The notes below the pieces were generated by a model. The model was not told where the DNA came from. It searched no databases and saw only the letters and a list, made by a program, of their open reading frames with translations. Below are positions 47,501 through 55,861 of a DNA stretch of 59,819 nucleotides, piece by piece; the first letter of the stretch is position 1, and the number at the start of each line of letters is the position of its first letter. Source of the DNA: an uncultured virus (IMG/VR IMGVR_UViG_3300046471_000229) (Duplodnaviria > Heunggongvirae > Uroviricota > Caudoviricetes); IMG/VR virus record IMGVR_UViG_3300046471_000229; one strand, 5' to 3'. A program made the position numbers and the translations under genes.

Positions 47501-48304
47501 ATGAATGCTCCCATTGATTATGCTTCGTTTGGCGTTTTCCCCCACGCTCGTGAGTTTGACGCGAAGGTTTACGATGACCACGCGTCTCTGTCTTATAACC
47601 TAGGCGATATCCATCCTGCGGACTACTCGGTTTCGCACAACAGCCACACAGTGACGCTCAGGATTTTGCCTAGCTGCATAAACTATGTGATCGAATGCCC
47701 AAGGTTTGTCACCAGTTGCACGGACGAGTGGCCAGAGCTGGCCAGTCATTTGGAGCGTTTCCAGCACCTAAGGTGGGACACAGTTACCACCCCAGAGCTT
47801 GTCAGCTACTTTGATGACCTAATGGTCAATGTCTGGAAAACCAAGGGATTATGGCCGGCATCGGCCCTGTCCATGCTCACACCTATCATCGAGGCATTCT
47901 GTGAGTTGCGTGATGAGCATTCGATTCCGTTTAACTACGCGGATATTCGCTCCAGCCTCCCCCTGGATGGGTACGAAAAGCTGAGTCACTATGAATTGCT
48001 CAGTGCGCACGCTCGCTCGAAGCTTGAGTCCTACATCAGCCAACGCGAGAAGATCACAAACGAGAACGGCGTCTTAGGCTGGTCAGAGTTTAGCCGCGAG
48101 CAACATGGTTACCTGACAATGATGATCACGAGCTATCTCCAAACCGGTTACCACGAAGGCGGACGCAGGGACTATCGTTTGGCGCCAGCGGTAATCCACT
48201 TCAAAGCGGACAAACCAATCCAGTCGTTTAGCAGCCGAACCCACGATGGAAGTCTTCGCATCCGTGTAGGCTTTACTGATGAGCCTGCGAGGCTCGATCC
48301 CTGA
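47501..48304 (+). CDS. Hypothetical protein
   Basis: 267 aa, AAGAGG RBS. Confidence 0.75.
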   Translation: MNAPIDYASFGVFPHAREFDAKVYDDHASLSYNLGDIHPADYSVSHNSHTVTLRILPSCINYVIECPRFVTSCTDEWPELASHLERFQHLRWDTVTTPELVSYFDDLMVNVWKTKGLWPASALSMLTPIIEAFCELRDEHSIPFNYADIRSSLPLDGYEKLSHYELLSAHARSKLESYISQREKITNENGVLGWSEFSREQHGYLTMMITSYLQTGYHEGGRRDYRLAPAVIHFKADKPIQSFSSRTHDGSLRIRVGFTDEPARLDP

Positions 48305-48424
48305 TCCTAAAGTCGTAGATCCAGGAAGCCTGGTCAGCCACGCCGCGTTGGCGTGGATTGCTAGCGGACTTGATGTTGCGAGGATTGCAGAGAATAGGCG
48401 GCGTGGCTGGTCGTTCCGACCACC

Positions 48425-49318
48425 TTATTGGCCCAGTTTCCGCCTCGCCGCGAGGTCGGCCTTGAATCTCTTCTGGTCGTCTTTCGCCTTCTGCTTCCTT
48501 GCGGCGATCAAATCTTTGTTCGCTTCCAGGTATTCAGCTTCTCGCGCCTTTCTGAATTCTTTCGCCTGGGCTTTCAAATCTGGCTTCAGGGCATCTTGGA
48601 TCTTTTTCTTTTTGGCTTTTTGCTCGGCTTCATAGGCGATCTGCTGGGCTGACTTTGGTACCTTTGGAATCGGGCTCTTCTGGCCTTTAGGCTGCGTCGG
48701 TATCTTCTGGCCTTTCGACTGAAGTGGCCGCGTCGGTGAGGTAATCTTCGCCGCCCTTAGAGGCTTCTCTGGTTTAGGTGCCCGCTCGCGCTGACTCAAC
48801 ATACCGTGTTGAGGCTGAACATCCCCCTCAGTCGACGTCTGTCTCTTGGCTAGTTTTGGCTTATCTGGCTTAGGTGCCCTTTCGCGCTGGCTCAACTTAC
48901 CATGCTGAGGCACAATTTCGTGGTTAGTCGACGATTCACGCTGCGCCAGTTTTGGCTTCTCTACAGCTTGTTTCTCTTTGCGCTCGCGGTTGATCGGTTT
49001 GGCTTTGCGCTCAGGGGTTTTGTACTCAACCCCTAAATCAGCCCACTGCGCCGCAACCAGATCATCCTGCTTTCCGTACCGTTCTTCGAAGCGGCGTTTC
49101 CAGGGATGCACTGAAATTGTGTCGCTACCATCACCTACGTGGTGACCTTCACAAAGCGCAAGCACCTGCATATGGGCACCGGGCTTTGTGCGCCCATGAA
49201 CGTGGTGGATGCTGATGTGCGTGTTGAATATTCCATGTTGCCGGCAAGCGATACACCCGAGCTGAGCAATGCGGTCGTGCAACAATTTCTCTGCTGGGGT
49301 GACTGGACGGCCTTGCAT
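48425..49318 (-). CDS. Ref-family (recombination enhancement) HNH-type nuclease with basic repetitive tail
   Basis: LGCIAC.......SIHH..GRTKPGAH..VL.LC..HH...SVHPWK.RFE.RYG. Confidence 0.75.
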   Translation of the reverse strand: MQGRPVTPAEKLLHDRIAQLGCIACRQHGIFNTHISIHHVHGRTKPGAHMQVLALCEGHHVGDGSDTISVHPWKRRFEERYGKQDDLVAAQWADLGVEYKTPERKAKPINRERKEKQAVEKPKLAQRESSTNHEIVPQHGKLSQRERAPKPDKPKLAKRQTSTEGDVQPQHGMLSQRERAPKPEKPLRAAKITSPTRPLQSKGQKIPTQPKGQKSPIPKVPKSAQQIAYEAEQKAKKKKIQDALKPDLKAQAKEFRKAREAEYLEANKDLIAARKQKAKDDQKRFKADLAARRKLGQ

Positions 49319-49510
49319 ACGTTTCCCTTACGACAGTTCTGGAACAAGTGACTGAGGGGCCGAAAAATACCGGGGCACTGCCATGATGTCAATTTATGTT
49401 ATTTATTAGCTTGCTGACATTTTGAATGGCTACTTGAGGCGATTCAACCCCTCACCTGACCAACCTTGCGATAAACCCTGAAACTCGCCCTATGGACGAC
49501 CACAGGCGCT

Positions 49511-50083
49511 TCAAGGCTCGATTCCAACGTCTTCCAAGCCGCGCTTCTTCACAAATCGAGCGAAGTGGGCTTTCTGCATAACCACTGATTCTGTTGGCTG
49601 CGCATGAGGGTTTGGAATTTTCGCTTCGGCAACTGAGCCCTCGTGCTGCTCCCAAAAGACTTTAAGGGCGCGCAGTTTCGCCCAGGCGGACGCTCGCGAG
49701 TGGTACACCGGTGGATGAAAATTATCGTAAGCCACAGGGATATACCCTTTGACTCCCTGCTCACCCCTAACGAGGTTCGTGCATGGGCACCAGACCAACT
49801 CACCATCACTGCGCTCTTCAAACTCGCGGAGCATCGCCTTTGCAGCCTGGGCTTCTTCAGCAGAATCCGGCTTAAAACGCGAATGGACATCCTCAGCTCG
49901 AACGCCACCGGCGTATTCGTGCGCAACAGGTCGCGGATGAAGGCGGATGTCTACCACCATCCAACATCCAGTACCCTCCATTTCGGTCATTGCCGCTAGC
50001 TGAGGTCGCCCCCTACCTGGTTCGACAGGTATGTCTTGAACAAGCAGGATTCGACACCGCTCCTTGACGATCTTGGTCTTCAT
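49511..50083 (-). CDS. Hypothetical protein, paralog of 8400..8951
   Basis: Likely ATG 50083 (MKTKIV...). Confidence 0.75.
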   Translation of the reverse strand: MKTKIVKERCRILLVQDIPVEPGRGRPQLAAMTEMEGTGCWMVVDIRLHPRPVAHEYAGGVRAEDVHSRFKPDSAEEAQAAKAMLREFEERSDGELVWCPCTNLVRGEQGVKGYIPVAYDNFHPPVYHSRASAWAKLRALKVFWEQHEGSVAEAKIPNPHAQPTESVVMQKAHFARFVKKRGLEDVGIEP

Positions 50084-50356
50084 CTCAGTACCCAGTAAGA
50101 AAGGATGTAGTGACAATATAGCTTATTTGTCACTAATGAGCGGATTTCGCAACCATCCAGGTGATGGAACCCATTTAATCGGGCTTCATACCGCTCAGCA
50201 GTTAAGTGCGCGACGAGTCATCGAGCAATGACGCACTTGCGCCGATTCCAGATGAGGTGATCCAGAAGGATTAACGCCATCCAAGGAATCCCGAAAAACA
50301 AATCCCGTGGCAGCAGCTTTGACTAAAAAACTGCGAAGGCCCCTGCCACGCTCAAA

Positions 50357-51367
50357 TCAGTTAATCGCCTTCTTCAGATCACGGTACCACAGCATGGTGT
50401 CGGGGAGGCGATTGAGCCGTGAATCACCATTTTGGTGATAGTACAGTCGATATCTCACCGTGTTTACGGACTGCCAGAAAAGATCATGAACAATAGCATG
50501 GTCATCAATCGATTTTGACGTCCACCGAATATTTGCCAGGGTCTGGTCAATTTTCTGCACATCGTTCATATCATTAGAGAGCCATTTGAGCCGCCCTGGC
50601 TCGAGAACATAAGAGAACGGAATACCTAGAAGTGGAATCGCTGAACTCACCACAGCTATCTGTGAAGCGATTACCAATCGACGAGCTGAAGGCATTCGTC
50701 GCAGGTACGAACCCAGTGCTTGCATGGCAACATCTGACGCCCCAGCGTCCATCTCAAACCGATGAAATTCGTCAACAAACACAGTCCCAATTCGACCAGA
50801 GATATTTTTAGGAAGGTAGTGTTCGAGGTTTTCCAACATCTGCACAAACGCAGCAATCACACCGTCGCCAAGAAACACGTCATCCTGCGGGCGAAAATTG
50901 ACCAGAACCCCCTTCCCAGTCCCAGCTCTGCACGGTGCTGTAAGGTCGGACTTTACCGAAACAATACCAGAGCGGCTGTAAATCACCGTCAGCCGATCCT
51001 TTTTCGCCAGGAAATCGTCATTTCCCCAAATCCGACCCCCAGATTGATGGGCGCACCCTGTTATACAGATGTACAGCGGACAGGTCGCACCATCCACACA
51101 TTCGATCTCGAACAAAGCTCGCATCACCTCACTCTTCCCATAACCACAAGGCGCAACCAAACCAAATGCTGCGAGGTTTGTGGCTAGTGGATGGATTGAG
51201 TCTTTGCCCCGAAGCTTAGCGTTGAGGCGATTCCAGTCAGTGTGATTTTGCAGCTTGGAAACGATTTCAAGCGCTTGGGTGTGTTTGAGCTTAATCCCCT
51301 GCCCGTCGAGCGCTTTGGTCAGCGTGGTGGCGAGATTTTTGACCGCAGAGATATGTTCATTTTGCAT
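50357..51367 (-). CDS. Glyoxalase_8-like N-terminal domain fused to a P-loop-like domain
   Basis: KNLA..L...L...GIKLKHTQALEIVSKL....DWN; APCGYGKS; VFVDEFH. Confidence 0.65.
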   Translation of the reverse strand: MQNEHISAVKNLATTLTKALDGQGIKLKHTQALEIVSKLQNHTDWNRLNAKLRGKDSIHPLATNLAAFGLVAPCGYGKSEVMRALFEIECVDGATCPLYICITGCAHQSGGRIWGNDDFLAKKDRLTVIYSRSGIVSVKSDLTAPCRAGTGKGVLVNFRPQDDVFLGDGVIAAFVQMLENLEHYLPKNISGRIGTVFVDEFHRFEMDAGASDVAMQALGSYLRRMPSARRLVIASQIAVVSSAIPLLGIPFSYVLEPGRLKWLSNDMNDVQKIDQTLANIRWTSKSIDDHAIVHDLFWQSVNTVRYRLYYHQNGDSRLNRLPDTMLWYRDLKKAIN

Positions 51368-51679
51368 TCGGATTCTCCAAATGCCGGGAACTGAGGGATG
51401 CTTGCATTACCCAATCGCCGGCTGAAGACCGAGTGAGTTGGACGGGATTAACGTCTACCTTTGCCATCCCTGGACGGGGCAAGCTGCAGGCGGAGACTGG
51501 CCTCTGTGGAATTTACCAGAGCTTCATAAAAATGCAATTTGATTTTTACGGATAAATTGCCAGAATGCCTCCCTTCATTCTGCCGGGCCCCGGAAGGCAC
51601 TGCCCGACTATGAGCTTGTGCTTTTTGGTTCCAATTGGCCGGCTCGAAGATCTATCCATAAAAAATCCAAGGAAGCCCC

Positions 51680-52384
51680 ATGCAGTCACCCGAACGCGTT
51701 GTAGAACTGAACACCATCGAAGACTACAAGCGCCTGCTCTCCCTAGTCGCAAGCGATCATGTGTACCTCTACCGAGCATCGAATACCGACGAAAACGCGG
51801 ACAGTGAATTCAAGGATCCCCACCTTCGCTTTTCCGTTAATTGCAGTGACACCTTTTACTACGCATGCTCTGACTTCACGGAATTCGACCTGACGGACAC
51901 TGCCGATCTGACTGAAATGTTCGATAAATTCGGTACCACTGGCCTGATCGCCTGGTGCGCCCGTGATCGAAACGAGAAGCCGCTAAAAGAACTGATCGAC
52001 GACAAGTACAACGAAGCGTTTGCCTATGCCGCCAAGTTCTACGCTCCGGAATACGACTACATCCTGCTCTGCTCGAACGAGCAAAAGCTGGCCTTGGAGG
52101 AGATTCTGAGCGGTATCAGCTACACCAGTGAAATCATTGACGAGGATAAACTTCACCTCGGCTACAAGGTGCGCTTAACAGAGACCCAGCACCTGGATGT
52201 GTACAACCTGGTCACGAGCATGTATCGCGTTTATGACCTGGCCAGAATCAAAGAGTGCAAATTCAGGTATTTCAATGGTTACAGCGTTTACAGCACCCGG
52301 AAAATAGTCGCCAAATTGCTGGGCCTCACCTACGACATCAACAAAGGTTACATCGCACCAATAGCTGAGGTCGTACAGGCGTAA
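51680..52384 (+). CDS. Hypothetical protein
   Basis: 234 aa, AAGGA RBS; VNCSDTFYYACSD motif. Confidence 0.75.
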   Translation: MQSPERVVELNTIEDYKRLLSLVASDHVYLYRASNTDENADSEFKDPHLRFSVNCSDTFYYACSDFTEFDLTDTADLTEMFDKFGTTGLIAWCARDRNEKPLKELIDDKYNEAFAYAAKFYAPEYDYILLCSNEQKLALEEILSGISYTSEIIDEDKLHLGYKVRLTETQHLDVYNLVTSMYRVYDLARIKECKFRYFNGYSVYSTRKIVAKLLGLTYDINKGYIAPIAEVVQA

Positions 52385-52526
52385 GGCCAGGCTACGTTGG
52401 AGGGCGTCGACCGGCGCCTCCGACTTCCTTCCAAGTTTTTCTGGCAATTGATCACACATATTGGGTGGATCTTGGCGTCTGCACTGACCGTATAATGGGA
52501 AATGATAGGCGCAGGCGCTCTAACCC

Positions 52527-53831
52527 ATGAAAAAATCCAACATTGAGATCACCCAATTTCTCCTCGACCGAAGCCTTCCTGGCCGGGACGCGGTGACGGA
52601 GCTATCCAACTGGGGCATCGACATTTTGCGCAACAGCCGAAATGACGTCAGGTTGTTGACCTCGCTGCTTTATGACGGGTTTGGCCAAGCCAATTTCACC
52701 ACCCGCGATGATGTTCAGAAGGGTTACATCAACAAAACTGACTTTCTGATGAGAGAAGTGCTGTACCGCTACGTCAGCAAAGTCCTTGGCCCTGAATTTA
52801 TCGAGCGCAGTGGGCAGGTGTTTCAACAGGCTGCAGACCTGGTGAGCCTGAATCTGCGTGTGAAACATGCTTTGAGCACCTTTGAGAAAAAGGATGGCTT
52901 TGACACCCTGCGTCAAGGCGCCAACGCGACGTTGGAGTCGATAGCGCCGCTGGTCAACGACGTGTACCTGATGGGCGAAGCTAAACGGCTCCTTAATGGC
53001 GAGGCTGGATCCAGGGTCAGGGAGCTCTACTACCCCACTCCCAGCAAATCCCCTTACAGTGCGCGCCCCGTACGATTTCCTGCGCTGGAAACCATTGGCA
53101 AGAAAATGGATGACGCGCAGAAAATTCTGGATTTGATGGACGACCAGGAGCTAACCCTGCGTCTTCTGCGAAGCTTCAGCGCCACCAAGCTGGCCGAGTA
53201 CGACACCAAGTACCCGGTCTACGGTGTCAAAACGATCTACGCCTATATGCCCCTAATCGTCGACCGCCTGCTCAATGGATGGACGTACGACAACAATTCC
53301 GTCATGGATGACCTAGCCGTCAGCATGGACGATGCATCCAAGCGGCTTATCGCCCTTCAAGAGCGACTGGAGCGTATGCATCAAGCCGATTGCGAACGTC
53401 AGGTAAACTATCTTGCCGAGCGTTACGGTGACGGTGAGTGCGCCGTGTTTGCCGTTGCCCTGAACCAAATCACCGACCTCCCGGTGGTGGTTTTTAACAT
53501 CGCCGGCAACTCCAGCGATCCAGGCCTGCCGGCAGGATTCCCACGCCATGCCGCCGTCCAGGTTGGCAAAAACCAGTACCTGGATGCCTGTGGCACCGCC
53601 AGCCTGGCTGAAATCAGCGCCCGTCTTGGCTGCCAGCTGACAGTCATCCCCGATCCCCAGCTGAAGACGAGTTTCTTCGAGCCCGAGTGGACAAAAATGC
53701 AATTGGATAACGATTACATCGTCACTGCACGTGATCATGCCAAGCAAATGCTGAACCTTCGAGGCCTTGAGAAGCTACGTGATAGCGAAGCCATTGCGCG
53801 ATTTGATCGTTACGAGGAATACGGAATGTAG
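52527..53831 (+). CDS. Hypothetical protein with C-terminal Cys/His/Asp (papain-like) motifs
   Basis: YGDGECAVFAVAL...PRHAAV...YLDACG. Confidence 0.75.
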   Translation: MKKSNIEITQFLLDRSLPGRDAVTELSNWGIDILRNSRNDVRLLTSLLYDGFGQANFTTRDDVQKGYINKTDFLMREVLYRYVSKVLGPEFIERSGQVFQQAADLVSLNLRVKHALSTFEKKDGFDTLRQGANATLESIAPLVNDVYLMGEAKRLLNGEAGSRVRELYYPTPSKSPYSARPVRFPALETIGKKMDDAQKILDLMDDQELTLRLLRSFSATKLAEYDTKYPVYGVKTIYAYMPLIVDRLLNGWTYDNNSVMDDLAVSMDDASKRLIALQERLERMHQADCERQVNYLAERYGDGECAVFAVALNQITDLPVVVFNIAGNSSDPGLPAGFPRHAAVQVGKNQYLDACGTASLAEISARLGCQLTVIPDPQLKTSFFEPEWTKMQLDNDYIVTARDHAKQMLNLRGLEKLRDSEAIARFDRYEEYGM

Positions 53832-53847
53832 CTCAGTCGCTGAAGAC

Positions 53848-53874
53848 AAAAGGCCCACCATGGTGGGCCTTTTC
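53848..53874. terminator. Bidirectional intrinsic terminator
   Basis: AAAAGGCCCACCATGGTGGGCCTTTT. Confidence 0.85.
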
Positions 53875-53887
53875 ATGACGTGGTCGG

Positions 53888-55402
53888 TTAACCACCAACC
53901 GCCTTCTCCACGTCCGCCAAGTCCTTGCGCAGCTTCGCAATAGCCTTCTTGTCATCCGTTTCATCCGACAGATACCACGATTCACAGATGCTATCGAAGG
54001 CCGCTTCCTTGTCACCATCACCCGCCGCTTTCTTTGAGGCAGCCTCTATCCTGGAAACAATCCCTTCGAGGTCTGACGGATGATCGGTGGCCAGCACCCT
54101 CACTCGCGTCGATTGGCAGCCCGCTTTGATCAGCCTGGTGTCGAGGGTAGTCGCCATTGTGATGCCTCCATCGATGAGTGTGAAATTCCGTCGTGGGCGT
54201 ATGCCGGTAGCCCGTGTAAAGCCGGCAAAGATCTCATTGCTGTCCTGACGAGCGAATTCGACCAGTCGTTGAAGGTGCCGGCGCTCCACATCGGAATAGG
54301 TGTACAGGTGCTTTAGCACCATGCCGATGGAAAAGTAGTTCACCTGGAGGATATCGCCAGTGAACATCGCACGAGCAGCACCGCCTGATGCAGCGAAGGC
54401 CTGAGCAATGATTTTCATATCCACGTATTTGGGCTGATCACGCCAGGCTTTGACCTCATTTCCCAGCTGGGCAGCATTGCCATTCCAGTTGATGTGCCCT
54501 TTCTTCACGCCTTCCAGGAAGGCAAACACTTCGACCCCTAGTTCCATGACTGCCGTGATGACCAGCCGACGTTTAACACCCCCGGCAGCCGCCCCCAAGT
54601 CGCTCGTCCAGAACACACGTTGATTCAGCGCTCCGGAGTCGTAGAGCTTAAGCATAGCCTCGCCAATCGTGGCCCCCTCAGGAACCAACCCTTCACCGAA
54701 GAACTTGTTAAGCCACTTTGACCAGTCAACATTTTTGGTCATGCCCTGCAGTAACTTAAACACTGCGCTTGGCTCACCGACGTTGGCCGGGTCACCCGCC
54801 TTGATGCCCTGCTCCCACAACCACGACATCATTTTGAGTGGCAGGCTCGCCGGCGAGCAGCGGTCAGCATCGAGGTGCATTTTTAGTAGTTCGGTTGCGG
54901 CCTCTCGCGACATCGCCGGAAAGATCTTGTAAACCAGTTTCCCGATGCCAGCTTCGCCTTTCATCAACATCTCGATGACGGTGCGCTCATCGGTATGGTT
55001 GAGAATTCGGTGATTACGTGGTCGAAGGCGAAACGGTGACTTTAACCCCAGATCCTCATTGAGCTTTTGATACCAATCCATGGCCATTCCAGGCTTCCCC
55101 TTATCCGTGGGGTTCACGCTAAGCTCTTCAAGACGCTTTTTGACCCTCGCCTCCAGCTCCGCCTGGGTCTTTGGATCAACCTGTGCGTGTTTGGTCGCCA
55201 TCTCTTGGCGAAACGCCTGATCGAGAATCAAATCTGCCGTTGTCGCCAAGGCGCCAATTACCATTGCATAGCCAACGGAGAAGTTGTCTATTTCGGTAGT
55301 CGGCAACGGCTTTGGTGGTGTTGCAAGGACTCGAGCCTGGAATTGCTCGACCATCTGAGAGCCACCGATTTCGGCCAGTATTTTCTCATATTCGCCTTTC
55401 AT
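53888..55402 (-). CDS. Hypothetical protein
   Basis: 504-aa ORF coupled to the upstream gene. Confidence 0.75.
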   Translation of the reverse strand: MKGEYEKILAEIGGSQMVEQFQARVLATPPKPLPTTEIDNFSVGYAMVIGALATTADLILDQAFRQEMATKHAQVDPKTQAELEARVKKRLEELSVNPTDKGKPGMAMDWYQKLNEDLGLKSPFRLRPRNHRILNHTDERTVIEMLMKGEAGIGKLVYKIFPAMSREAATELLKMHLDADRCSPASLPLKMMSWLWEQGIKAGDPANVGEPSAVFKLLQGMTKNVDWSKWLNKFFGEGLVPEGATIGEAMLKLYDSGALNQRVFWTSDLGAAAGGVKRRLVITAVMELGVEVFAFLEGVKKGHINWNGNAAQLGNEVKAWRDQPKYVDMKIIAQAFAASGGAARAMFTGDILQVNYFSIGMVLKHLYTYSDVERRHLQRLVEFARQDSNEIFAGFTRATGIRPRRNFTLIDGGITMATTLDTRLIKAGCQSTRVRVLATDHPSDLEGIVSRIEAASKKAAGDGDKEAAFDSICESWYLSDETDDKKAIAKLRKDLADVEKAVGG

Positions 55403-55749
55403 GACGCCGCCTTGAAGAAGCCTTTGGCATCCAGTTCCGTCATGATTTTCGCAATCAGTACCTCCAGAACTCCGTGAGACCGGAGACGATCAATGACATC
55501 GTCCCTGCACCTTGGCGGGTTTGCAAGAATGCTCGCTAAGGCGGCTTCTATGTTCGCATTGTTCGCGACAATCGATTCGAAAAAAGCCCTGGCCTCAGCA
55601 CGTTCTCGTTCATTTTCCTCGTGCATTTTCCTGAGCGCATCATCTTTGGCTTTGTTGCCGCGAATGTTCGAGCGGGTGTGACCAGCGGCGTATGAAGCGA
55701 CACATGCCACAACCACCAAAACACCTCTGGCTACTAGCGCATAACTCAT
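55399..55749 (-). CDS. Membrane-anchored hypothetical protein
   Basis: N-terminal TM segment plus coiled coil. Confidence 0.7.
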   Translation of the reverse strand: MSYALVARGVLVVVACVASYAAGHTRSNIRGNKAKDDALRKMHEENERERAEARAFFESIVANNANIEAALASILANPPRCRDDVIDRLRSHGVLEVLIAKIMTELDAKGFFKAAS

Positions 55750-55861
55750 GGGAAGACCTTTCCTTTATTGAATCCAGAAACAATAGCTCATCGCCAGCTC
55801 TTCACCTGGCCTATTTCGATAAAATTGAAATCGCGAACTACGCTAAGGGATAACTCAGCGT

